Positions 1 through 13,000 of a stretch of DNA of 64,000 nt are shown here, in pieces. This DNA comes from Phoronis australis (taxonomy: Eukaryota > Animalia > Phoronida), in the NCBI GenBank assembly GCA_002633005.1, contig NMRA01000220.1, forward strand, positions 382,268 to 446,267, in the 5' to 3' direction. Position 1 is the first letter of the stretch; each line of letters begins with the position of its first letter. The position numbers and the translations under genes are program-made. The notes under the pieces were generated by a model that had not been told where the DNA came from, did no database searches, and saw only the letters and a list, made by a program, of their open reading frames with translations.

Positions 1-441
1 CACACAGCTATGCTCCCCCGTCTGTATTTCACGGAAAAATGAATTGAATTTACCACCAAACAGACTCAAACTCCCGCGATCGACCATGGTAAATTGGCCA
101 ACCGAACTCTGTAGGCTACTGTACCTATAAATACCTATAAATCCGTAACAGTAAAATAGAACAACACGTTTGTTCAAGAACTCGATGTATTTGTAAGGGG
201 TTTACATCGAATTTTTTTGATTTATTGGTGTAAAACGATGAACTCAAGCGATAAGTGGACACCAGAAAGCGTGTTGTGAACGGCGGAACAGACTGCGTTC
301 GAACCGATTACGTCATTGGTTAATTTCAACACCTCCGTCTGCCCTTACGTGTCAGGTAAAACAATTGAGCTTGCTGTTATCGAGTAGAACTACTCGATCT
401 AAATTGATACCAAATAGGTTGTTTTTGGGTGGCATTCTCCT
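1..441. mobile_element. Kolobok-like non-autonomous element, copy 1 (one end only, runs off window)
   Basis: Clearly homologous to ~11840-12276 and to the reverse complement of 29628-30060; ends GGGTGGCATTCTCCT; lies in SNRPD1 intron 3. Confidence 0.8.
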
Positions 442-813
442 TAAAATTGCATAAAAACCATTTTTTTATGAAGTTCTTAACTAAAATGAGGCGTAAGTGT
501 ATAAGTGGAATACCTCAGTCCATTTTCCTACCTACTGTTCAGCAGCCATATACACAGCCGTGGGACGAGGAAGTGAACTGTTCTCGTAACATGTTTGACA
601 TAATTCGCACTATATTTGTAAATCTTGTGTCGCTCCTCAGAGTGCTTTCGTATGGATGGTTTTCATCAGTAGGAAATAGTAAAATGGAATTTGTTATTAA
701 ACAAAACAACAAAAAACAAAAATCGAATTTTATGTTTTGTTAGAACAAATTTCTTTGTTTTTGAAAATGGAAATGTTCTCTAAGAAATCTATAATTTCTC
801 TCCTGCGTGTTAC

Positions 814-1005
814 CTCTATCCGGTCGCCTTGCTGACTTCTTGGGTGCGTCATCAATTAGCAGTGTGTCAAGAGGTAAACTGTCAGGTAAGATGAAGTAGC
901 GGATATTGTTACCACGGATACTGAGTGTGTCCAGCTGCACTGGGTCTCTGTTTTTTATGGTCATCTTCACAGCCTTCAGATGTGTATTCATGGACACGTC
1001 CACAC
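814..1005 (-). CDS. SNRPD1: SNRPD1 coding exon 3
   Basis: ttcag|GT GTG GAC...GAT AGA G|gtaac; within ORF 740..1060. Confidence 0.97.
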
Positions 1006-4000
1006 CTGAAGTGAATACAGGCACTAGAGCAACACACAACGCCCGATGGTACGAAAACACTGAATTTCCATCTGGAGGGATGAGTAAAATCTTACCTCAC
1101 CAATTCATTGCTGAGGTCGCCAAAATTATGATTTAGTAATCCAAACATTCATATGCCACCGAGTATATCAAGGAAATTTAAACGTATATTCTCAATTGAG
1201 TTACACTGAACTGGTGTTTCGAAGAGCTATGAACTTCAATGATGATTAAACATGTACAACCCAATGCTAGAAACTAACTTTACAGGGAAACCTGTAGACA
1301 AGATTTCCTTTTGTTGTATTAGCAACAAGTGTCACTCGCTAGAAATCCTCATCCACTGACCCATATCCAAGTAGCTCACAAACTGGGTGGATACACAATG
1401 TACACTGCAATCATAGGTTTGTACGATTGCACAATGACTCTTGCTCATAATTATCAACAAGCTTGTTTGAGAAATACTAAGTGGTGGACAGCCTCAGAAC
1501 TTAACGTCACGTTTGAATTTGATCAATTATAATTTGAAGTCGCGGTTGATGCATAAGGCTCAGGCTGACGTGACTTTTGACCATCTAAGGTCACACTCTG
1601 CAATCTGGTAATTGCACCAGAAACATAACAACTGGCTGCTTTGATCACTTTACGACCGGAGCAGACAAAATGCTCCGTAGTTGTGAGTATTCTCTTGTAC
1701 GTATGTAAAAAAATGGAGGTCAAAATAAGTCAAAGTTAAATGAAGCTAGAACCAAATCAGCGAAAACATAATTTGTTCACGTAGTTTGCGCTTTTCATAC
1801 ACAAAATAAATCTCCAGATTAAGAAGGTAATTTTAAGCTAAGCAGTCTACACATCTTTGCACCAGCACCGGCAGTACTGGCAGAAAATGTCTCAAAGAAG
1901 CACTTTCACAAATGTATCATCTAAGGTACGAGATGATAAAGCCGACCTGTGACCAAGAGAATGGCCCATGATTGCTAGGTTGACGAAGGTTTCCTACCTG
2001 TTATTGTCCCGTGGACTTGTGTGCCATTTTTTAATTCGATCGTAACCGTTTCATGACTTAACTTCATGAGAAACCTGTAACAGAGATAAAATGTTAGAAT
2101 CCAACAGCGTCAGGATTTGGGAAGTGTCTCTATAAAGGACATGGTGTTCACTAGAAAGGAAGTTCCACATTCCACCGGTAAGGTCCAGAAGCCCCGTGTA
2201 TGCAGTATAAGCCAGTGTTTGACATAACGACTGCTAGGCCGAGACTCAATAATTTCAACCTGCATTTTGCATTTTTCGACCTAGAAAATCGTACCAGGCG
2301 ATGAAATTCAACCAGAAATCAACCCGGATGAACTGATATTCAAGGAATTTTTTGGCTTGGAAAATGTGAACACCTTACTGTATGTATTGTAAAAATGGAA
2401 ACCTTACACATTTTAAATCCACCGACAAGCTTTGGATGAAACAATGAAATTTTTAAGGACTGTGATAATTATCCACAAACTGTACGTCATAAAGGTGCAT
2501 TTTGCACTGTTTAGCTCTCTCTTAAACACATTTCGAGTTCATGTCCAAAGAGTTTCTGTGTTCAAAACTTTACTATGCCTAAGTAGATGGAAACGTTTTT
2601 ATTTTTTGAAAGGGCGTGTAAGTAAGGTTTTAAATGCTGTTGCTTGTTCAGTGAGCCAGAAGAGCTATAAATGACAGAAATACCGTATTCGCCGTAATAA
2701 CCGCTCAGGGCGATTAGAAAAGTTCGTTTCGGGGACTAAAAAGAATAAAAAACGAAGGTACCACCTCCAGAAGCGTGCGTCTGCATCTTTTCAGCTCCTC
2801 CGCTCACTTCCACCTCCACATTTTTGGCTGTAGAGTCGTAATATTTGTCACCGCGATTTACAATCAAACGAGACGCCATTCAAGAAATCCACCACACTAT
2901 CCCAGGTGCCCCGGCAATGTTGACAATTTACGTTCCTCCGAAACATAAAGAGCAAGTTCCGCTTTTTCGAGGTGAAAGTCGGAAACGCCGCGGTAAGAAA
3001 TAAATTTGCCGCGGAAATTTTATATCAAATCTGATTTTTTTTGACGCACAAATATAATAAAGTACGCGGACAGAAATTTGAAAAAAGCGGAAATCCGCGT
3101 TTCCGCGGAAAATTCCAAGCCTTGATTATAACCCAAGGCCGTTGAAACCCGGTCTCCGAAATGGGTGAAATCGGAAGCTAAGATTCATCTTATTTACGCT
3201 CTCTGACGTACCTGTAATCCATAAAAACTTTCTACAAAACCGCGGTGCATTGCTATCAAACTTTGGTGCTAAATTACGATCATTTTACAGAAAATTGTGC
3301 TGAAATCCCAGGGTGAAAACTAGCTGACTGCCTGCCTCGCAATCGTCGATATGGCGACTTGAATGGTTGAATAAAAATACAGTTTCGACTCGAGCAAATT
3401 ACCTGAAATCCTCCTTAACTTGTCCAAGTAGCGTCCCTAAGATTTTAAGTTCCCATGGAGTCGAGATCACAGCAGGTTTATATACAAATCTGTGCTAGTA
3501 CATCATGCCATCTACATGTATGATCGGCAACATGAGAAAAATGTCTAGATGAATACACATGTTGTTGTCACGTGACGTTTGTTTTGAAGTTGTCTGCGTT
3601 TGTGAGTAAACGAGCACGTGAGTTTCACCAGAGTTCATTTGCCAGAGCAGATATCGTCTTTTGGTCAGAGCCAGGCAATCTAACGAGCTAGATGTGCATT
3701 ATATCTAAAGAAATTTGCACAAGCAGTAGGCCTAAACCAGAGCGTTTTTCATTCAGCACTTGGCGGTCTCATGTCCCTAAACACGCTCGACATTTGTCTC
3801 GGTTAGGCCACATTAGTCGCCTTGTGGATGCAGCGTACGTGACTATCTGACAGTTATTTTTTCGGTGTAAGGGTGTGTAAGCATTCACTGTCAGTGGTCA
3901 TTTTATCGGATATTTGGCTTAAAAACACCAATTATGGTTAATCAAACAATTCATCTTAAAAATAACGCAAATATTTTTTATAGCATTAGAAACTGTCGGA

Positions 4001-7000
4001 AATTAGTGCCAATATTCATTTCTTGCCAATGCTATGCTACCCGTTTCATGAATGGATAGTTCCCGACTAAAGTCTGTGATGACAAGTTCATGTATGTAGC
4101 GCGCGCTTCCTGGCCACGTGCTTTTAACACTGGCCAAGCTTTTTATAAGTCTACGATTCGCGGTTTTAATGAGTAGGCCTACAAAAAAATTTGGATTCCT
4201 GTTGAAAGCGGGAAATATCTACAAAGCAATCCTGTAGACAAGTACACTACTTCTGTTCTGAAAGGCCAGACCATTGGTCCTCGCAATATCAGCAGAATTT
4301 TTGTGTTCGTTTTGAGGCATAGCGGAAGTTTGAAGTGTATAGTCACGACTAAATACTAACATAGCGGTGAGGCTCGTGGTCTACAAATTCTGGGCACAAT
4401 GATTTTTTGAGGACTGACGGATATTATTGATAAATTGAAGACGTTACTGTAGAATTTTAGGACTGTAGGTAAGGCATTTTTTGCACGTAGACATTCATGG
4501 ACTGGGGGCTTATTTTAGCAAAGTCTGAAAACGCTTGGGGGGGTGCGCTTATAGTAGCATGGGCGGTTATTACGGTGAATACGGTATGTTGAAAATATGT
4601 CCTCTAAGGCCACACTTCACAGGGCTCGACATAACGAGCTGCAGGTCGCATTTGCGACCTGAAATTTGGAAATGCGAGCTGAGATTTTTGTCAGCTCGTA
4701 TAAAGTCGCAAAATGCGACCTGGAATTTCCAACGAATGTGAGCTGAGTTTTTACACTTCTCATCGGATACCTGGCAAATACAAAGCAGCTCTTGTTAAAC
4801 CGACCGTTATTTGGTTGTTGCCAAATACAAGTTCAAAAGAACACTAACCGAGAACAGCCCTCTCGATGACTTGTAAGCAAGTCGCGTGAACATGGGATAT
4901 GCAGAATCGATCTTTGACGCGTTTCATTGGCTAACACTTTCGGCCACTTTTGTAAATTCCCGAATTCGCCGAAGAAAGTTTCGGGCCACTGCTTACACGT
5001 GATAAAACTTCACAAAACAACGGTGTTTCGATTAATTCTTACGCGATCACCTTACCAAACATTGTGGTGGACAAAAATGTTTATTTTTCACATAAGATGT
5101 CCTTATTACATGTACCAAATATCCAAGACAATATCCCAGATATTGCGCTGCAGCACTGTTAGCGCGCAAGCGGTCCCGGCAGACAATCGTGACTTAAACT
5201 GAGATGTGCTTCTCCTTTTATCGTATTAAGACAGCCAAAGTGAAAATGACAACCTTATTTATCGCCAAATGACGGTCACGTCTTTACTTTTAGTTGCCAA
5301 GATATTCTCAAACCCTTTACTTGTTTGTGGGGCTACTGTACGTGCGCGAAATATGATTTGTCTTTTACACGTTGTTGCCAACGTAAAGTGTAGGCCTACT
5401 CCAGCGATTCAAGTGCGTGAACTCACACGTGCGCACCACTCCAAAGAACAGCGACAGTCCTAAATGAAAGAGTATACCGGTTTGGCTGGTTTATTTGAAA
5501 ATGAACTCAGATTCCCAGCGGTTATAAAAGACCCGATGTCCCGGGACCGATATAACCCAGAACTAACGTTATCCTGTTTCGATGTTTCCCGAGGTCGATG
5601 TTCTGTAAACCCTGTATTCTACGCCCACTAGCCATCTATTGCAACTAAACTGGCAATAGATGCGAAATTGTGGATCAAGTTAACGAACGTTTCATTCTTC
5701 TCTTTATACACCCCCCCCCCCCCCCCCCACGGCAACTTTTCGCTCCCCGAACCACCGTCGCCGTAAAATGTTCAGACTCCTATAGAAACAACCTTGTTCC
5801 GGCTGAGGCGGGCAATTAAAAACAAAATCATTCCGGGTGGCTAAAAAGGGTACAATGTAGGTGGTAACGATATCCAGAAGTCACCCCTACGAGATGGAGT
5901 TTGCCTCGCAAAATCGTATTATTTATAACGTTTCTAATACCATTGCAGCGTTTTAATATCTTATTACCCAAACACTGAGGTTAACGACTATGGTCACGCA
6001 CAAGCTTACGCCCTACCTTTAAAGTGTTTCATAATAAGCGCTCACTGATCTATTAAAAGTCCCCCCTTAAATTTTTTGAGAATTTCCAATGAAGCGCCCA
6101 CAGTTCAAGCTAGCGCCCATCATAGCGCACTACAAACGACCGCGTGTGATTTAAAATTGTCACGCAGCTTATATGGTGTGTCACTTTCATTTTACACAAC
6201 TTCAGTTTTCAAAAACGTCTTTTCACAATATGTAAAAACCAAATCCTGGCTTTGTTTTATACCTGGGAAAGAAAGTTAACACTAGTGACATGCGTGTCNN
6301 NNNNNNNNNNNNNNNNNNNNNNNNNNNNNNNNNNNNNNNNNNNNNNNNNNNNNNNNNNNNNNNNNNNNNNNNNNNNNNNNNNNNNNNNNNNNNNNNNNNN
6401 NNNNNNNNNNNNNNNNNNNNNNNNNNNNNNNNNNNNNNNNNNNNNNNNNNNNNNNNNNNNNNNNNNNNNNNNNNNNNNNNNNNNNNNNNNNNNNNNNNNN
6501 NNNNNNNNNNNNNNNNNNNNNNNNNNNNNNNNNNNNNNNNNNNNNNNNNNNNNNNNNNNNNNNNNNNNNNNNNNNNNNNNNNNNNNNNNNNNNNNNNNNN
6601 NNNNNNNNNNNNNNNNNNNNNNNNNNNNNNNNNNNNNNNNNNNNNNNNNNNNNNNNNNNNNNNNNNNNNNNNNNNACATTGTTCTGCTAGTTGAAATCGA
6701 TCTAAAAGCCCTTTTGTACTTAATTTCGGTCTGAGCAGAGTGTCGACAGGGCTCGACGCTATTAAAATCGCCAGGTCGCATTTTGCGACCTAGCCAAAAT
6801 CCCAGGTCGCATTTTCAAAATCCAGCTCGCATTCGTAAATGCCAGGTCGCAAAATTTTCCCGCCATTTTTACGCGCCAAAATAGATTTTTTAGATCATCT
6901 AGAAAATGTTTAGATTATGCTCTTATCTGCAGCGTTAAATACTCACAAATTTCGGATCTCAAAATTGACTTCATTCATGGAGGTACGGCCTTATTGTGAT

Positions 7001-10000
7001 CTTCACGACCGCCATTGAAAGACTCTAGAGCGCAAGGCAAGTTGCCGGCGTGAAAGTTGAATCAGTGCTCTCTAACTGACATTCGAGTAGCTAAATTTGC
7101 AATGTGAAAAGGGAGAAAATGCCCGTTGAAAAAGTATCCGGGATTTTGTTAGATCTGGTCTGCTACTGGCCGTCATCAAAGTCGTTAACGATTCAAACTA
7201 ACTCGGGTAATCGCCGCGAGTTTGCTCTTCAATACTCTCCAAGTACGGGAAAAATAGGTCAGTCGCAAAACGACACGCTCGTCACTAGTGTTAACTTTCT
7301 TTCCGAGGTATAAAACAAAGCCGGGATTTGGTTTTTACATATTGTGAAAAGACGTTTTTGAAAACTCCATATAAGCTGCGTGTCAATTTTAAACCACATG
7401 CGGTCGTTTGTAGTGCGCAATGATGGGCGCTAGCTTGAACTGTGGGCGCTTAATTGGAAATTTTCAAAATTTAAGGGGGGACTTTTAATAGATCAGTGAG
7501 CGCTTATTATGAAACACTTTTAAGGTAGGGAGTAGGCTTGTGCGTGAGCATAGTCGTTAACCTCAGTGTTTGCGGTAATAAGATATTAAAACGCTGCAAT
7601 GGGTAAGAAAAGTTATAATAATACGATTTTGCGAGGCAAACTCCATCTGGTAGGGGTGACTTTCTGGATATCGTTACCACCTACATTGTACCCTTTTTAG
7701 CCACCCGGAATGATTTTTTTAACTGCCCGCTTCAGCCGGAACAAGGTTGTTTCTATAGGAGTCTGAACATTTTACGGCGACGGTGGTTCGNNNNNNNNNN
7801 NNNNNNNNNNNNNNNNNNNNNNNNNNNNNNNNNNNNNNNNNNNNNNNNNNNNNNNNNNNNNNNNNNNNNNNNNNNNNNNNNNNNNNNNNNNNNNNNNNNN
7901 NNNNNNNNNNNNNNNNNNNNNNNNNNNNNNNNNNNNNNNNNNNNNNNNNNNNNNNNNNNNNNNNNNNNNNNNNNNNNNNNNNNNNNNNNNNNNNNNNNNN
8001 NNNNNNNNNNNNNNNNNNNNNNNNNNNNNNNNNNNNNNNNNNNNNNNNNNNNNNNNNNNNNNNNNNNNNNNNNNNNNNNNNNNNNNNNNNNNNNNNNNNN
8101 NNNNNNNNNNNNNNNNNNNNNNNNNNNNNNNNNNNNNNNNNNNNNNNNNNNNNNNNNNNNNNNNNNNNNNNNNNNNNNNNNNNNNNNNNNNNNNNNNNNN
8201 NNNNNNNNNNNNNNNNNNNNNNNNNNNNNNNNNNNNNNNNNNNNNNNNNNNNNNNNNNNNNNNNNNNNNNNNNNNNNNNNNNNNNNNNNNNNNNNNNNNN
8301 NNNNNNNNNNNNNNNNNNNNNNNNAAACACCGTTGTTTTGTGAAGTTTTATCACGTGTTAAGCAGTGGCCCGAAACTTTCTTCGGCGAATCCGGAAATTT
8401 ACAAAAGTGGCCGAAAGTGTTAGCCAATGAAACGCGTCAAAGATCGATTCTGCATATCCCATGTTCACGCGACTTGCTTACAAGTCATCGGGAGGGCTGT
8501 TCTCGGTTTGTGTTCTTTTGAACTTGGACTTGGCAACAACCAAATAACGATCGGATTAACAAGTGCTGCTTTGTATTTGCCAGGCATCTGTTGAGAAGTG
8601 TAAAAACTCAGCTCGCATTCGTTGGAAATTCCAGGTCGCATTTTGCGACTTGATACGAGCTGACAAAAATCGCAGCTCGCAATTCCAAATTTCAGGTCGC
8701 GGATGCGACCTGCAGCTCGTTATGTCGAGCCCTGACTTTACGTTGGCAACAACGTGTAAAAGACAAATCATGTTTCGCGCACGTACAGTAGCCCCACAAA
8801 CAAGTAAAGGGTTCGAGAGTATCTTGGCAACTGAAAGTAAAGACGTGACCCTCGCTTGGCGATTAATAAGGTTGTCATTTTCACTTTGGCTGTCTTAAAA
8901 GGAGAAGCACATCTCAGTTTAAGTCACGATTGTCTGCCGGGACCGCTTGCGCGCTAACGGTGCTGCAGCACGATATCAGGGATATTGTCTTGGATATTTG
9001 GTACATGTAATAAGGACATCTTATGTGAAAAATAAACATTTTTGTCCACCACAAAGTTTGGTAAGGTGATCGCTTAAGAATTAATAGAAACACCGTTGTT
9101 TTGTGAAGTTTTATCACGTGTAAGCAGTGGCCCGAACCTTTTTTTGGCGAATCCGGGAATTTACAAAAGTGGCCGAAACTGTTAGCCAATGAAACGCGTC
9201 AAAGATCGATTCTGCATATCCCATGTTCACGCGACTTGCTTACAAGTCATCGAGAGGGCTGTTCTCGGTTAGTGTTCTTTTGAGCTTGTATTTGGCAACA
9301 ACCAAATAACGGTCCGTTTAACAAGAGCTGCTTTGTATTTGCCAGGTATCTGATGAGAAGTGTAAAAACTCAGCTCGCATTCGTTGGAAATTCCAGGTCG
9401 CATTTTGCGACTTTATACGAGCTGAGATTTTCCAAATTTCACGTCGCAAATGCGACCTGCAGCTCGTTATGTCGAGCCCTGACTTTGATGACGGCCAGTA
9501 GCAGACCAGATCTAACAAAATCCCGGATACTTTTTCAACAGGCTTTTTCTCCCTTTTCACATCGCGAAATTTAGCTACTCGAATGCACAAGTCAGTTAGA
9601 GAGCACTGATTCAACTTTCACGCCGGCAACTTGCCTTGCGCTCTAGAGACTTTCAATGGCGGTCGTGAAGACAGTAAGGCCGTACCTGCATGAATGAAGT
9701 CAATTTTGAGATACGAAATTTGTGAGTATTTGACGCTGCAGGTAAGAGCATAATCTAAACATTTTCTCGATGACCTAAAAATCTATTTTGGCGTGTAAAA
9801 ATGGCGGGAAAATTTTGCGACCTGGCATTTACGAATGCGAGCTGGATTTTGAAAATGCGACCTGGAATTTTGGCTTGGTCGCAAAATGCGACCTGGCGAT
9901 TTTAATAGCGTCGAGCCCTGCTTCAATGTATGAATCACATAGTGTACTTGAGCACAGAGCAGGCCTTCATGCAGCGTACTTCTTGGGCGTCCAAAATGGA

Positions 10001-13000
10001 TGACCTCGCACTAATCTGGACGCCCTGGCAAGGACGCCCTATGCAGTGTTCTCCACCTCCACTTTTAATGTATTGCAGCATCCTGTTTGGCCGAACACGT
10101 GTCCTGTTTAAATACCCATGTCCTGTTTAAATGTCCCGCATCCTGTTTAAATGTCCCGTGTCCTGTTTAAATATCCTTGACTGGTTTTGAAAATTAGAGA
10201 CCAGTTTGTAAAAAAGGCGTCGTCATTGTCAATAAGGTCTTACGCTTGACAGCAACTGCCCACATCCCATTGAAACTGAATAAAAGCCAAGTGGTCAGTT
10301 GTCTAATGCCTAATCACGGATCTTACTCAAGTGGCACACTGGCCACAAGTCTATGGTGTAATGCAGCTTATAAATAATTGCTCAATCATCCTTTCAATTC
10401 AGCTTGAAGAACTACTCGTACTCAATTGACTTTAAACAAAGGCCCAATGCCACCTACAAGCCTAATCCCCTACCTGCTCACTGGAATTGCAGTCCAGCAG
10501 GAAAGTCACTTATTCTTAGGGCCTAATCACTTTTGTAGTCACCTTTTGTATTTGGTGGACAACTGATCATATAACCCATTGAAAACAATTAAAGGCTAAT
10601 GCCACCCGATTTAATTAGCCTTTTTTGCCGTCTTAATCGATCTATTTTCACATCGCCTCGCATACGGTCGACCTTACCTTGCCAAGAGGTGTCGCGTTAA
10701 CCTGTGAGGAAGGTGAGAAACGACGCTAGCGACGTCAGTGGTTCATATGCAGAGTGAATGCCGGTACGTTGCGGTGTATCGTTCCCGCTTGTCCGAACTA
10801 AGCAGCCGCGAGGAAAGCGAGTATATCATTTTTTTTTACTTCCTCGAGAGTCCGAAATGCTTAGGAAGTGGCTCATGGTAGTGAAGAATGAAATGTACGC
10901 TGTAAATAGCAAGTATGAGGCCGTGAAACATCTCCGTGTCTGTGGCCTGCAGACGACGTCGACAGTGCCTCACGGCTTACCAAATAACTACATACGTTCC
11001 GTTGTCTGAGCTTGTTCACAGCGCCTCTCTAGTATTTCTTCATCACTGTATTCCTGTTCGAATTGATAGCCTGTAAAACTTAACGATCCACCTGCGAAGT
11101 CAGGACTGATGAGCCGCTCTAGCTCGTCCTAAGTCGGGATTGCGAGTTGCCATGTTTGGCGTTTATTAGTGAGCGTTCTGTTTCAAAATGAATTATTTTC
11201 ACCCTAACCAATACTTATATAAAACTGAAACAAAGTCTGTCTCATTAGATGCAATTTGTATTGCCTTTGGAGTGTCCGTGAGTGCACGAAATGATTTGAG
11301 AAGCCAGCAATGAATAAATCACTGCGTTACCGGCTTTAGGAGCAATAAAACTAATTGACGGGACACCGAGGCCGTGTGAGCTCATGCTAATTTAGTGTTT
11401 GCTGGCAGAAACTGTTGTGAAACAACTCGACTTCCCTCCCACGACCAGGTGTTAGGGGAATCTTTATTTACATTTACATTACTCAAATAATGATTATCAA
11501 TGTTTAACTTCTGCCCTGACGGTGCTGTGGTCAAAGCGGAACGAATTCGCGGCCCCGGACGAGTAACTGAAGTAGATTTGCAGTTTCGTGGCTAATTCAC
11601 CAACATAATCACGTGCACATTACTTTGGCTCACTAGTATAGTATTTTCTTGACTGGAAGTTTAGTTTCCATTGAACTTTGGCTGGTTTGTTCGTGATGTC
11701 TGATCAGCTTCCGAGCCACTGGTCGGGATAACGAGTCAATCCGGCCGGCCGCGATGGGCCTGATCGGGCTCCGAGCCACTGGCCAGGATAACAAGCGTTT
11801 TGTGTTTAGAACTCAGAAAATCACAAGTCTAAACAACACAGATCTAGGTTCTCCTGTCTGTATCTCACGGAAAATACTTCGAAATTATCTCCGAACACAC
11901 CCCAAACTCCTGCTACGGACCTTATTGGCCTGCAGAACTTTGTAGGCTACGGTGTGTCCAAATACCAATAAATCCCGTAACAGTGAAATAAAACAACACG
12001 TTTTTGTAAAAACTCGGTGTATTTTTAAGGGTTTTACATCGAAGTTTGATGATTTATTGATGTTAAACGATGACTCCAAGCGATAAGCTGACACCAGTAA
12101 CCCGTGTTGTGAACTGCTGAACAGACTGCGTGTGAAACCGATGACGTAATTGGATAATTTCAACACCTCCGTCTGCCGTCAGGTGTCAGGTAACGCAACC
12201 GCACGTGTCGTTATGGAGTAGAACTACTCGATCTAAATTGATACAAATTAGGTTGTTTTTTGGGTGGCATGCTCCTTTAAGGCTTGGTGAAGGAGTTTAT
12301 ACAATGGCCGTTTTTTGGTGGCCAGAATTTTATTTTCGTAGCATATTTTTCAAAATTCCGTGGGCCCCACGACACTGGTCCGACGTACCGACACCCAGTG
12401 AGTCTCAACCTTTGCATGGAAATGCTTTCGATGACTCTTATTGGTTGTTGTTTGTGCATTTCTCACTTAGATGAATATCATTGCTTACTTTTGGTAGAAG
12501 TTTGAAATCGGGTAATTTGCCGACGTGGGTTTTACACGGAGGCAGATATGGAGCACCCTGACCTACTTTTTGGTTGTCCTCCCTACCTACTGAGAATGAT
12601 GACCGCCGCGTTGAAACTCTTTGAGTATGAGTTGCAGGGCGTTTTGGTGGTCATGCCTCTCCAATCAGGTAGTGAGGATCATGTCACCTGACGAACTCAT
12701 GCGATTCCCTTTGTCAGTTTAGGTTCTGAGAGCTGAGTGTGAAAGACACAATCTCCTATGGTCAGTAGACTGCATTGTTATTACTATTGTTGTTATTTTT
12801 CCAACAATGTAGGTCCACATTCCAGGCATTGTCATAGGCAATGACCATCGCCTCTGTTGGCCCGAACCAGAGGCGATGTGGAGGCTATAGGCGCTCTGTA
12901 CGCCGGAAGCTTTTCGGCGAATTATGCCTCCCACCGACTAAACCATCAAAGTCACGTTGTTATAAATACCTTTTGCGCATAGAGGAACACCTTAGGAGGT

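Noticed and set aside
6252-8427. Long ORFs of 130-220 aa
   Set aside because: Artefacts of N-filled assembly gaps.
4927-9189. Three near-identical ORFs starting MAN(T/S)FGHFCKFP
   Set aside because: They are translations of the repeated hAT-like element interior, start at TTG and show no protein motif.
12686-12700. ATGAGTTCGTCAG|gtga as SNRPD1 exon 1
   Set aside because: Wrong phase and residues; 14132-14145 encodes MKLVR exactly.
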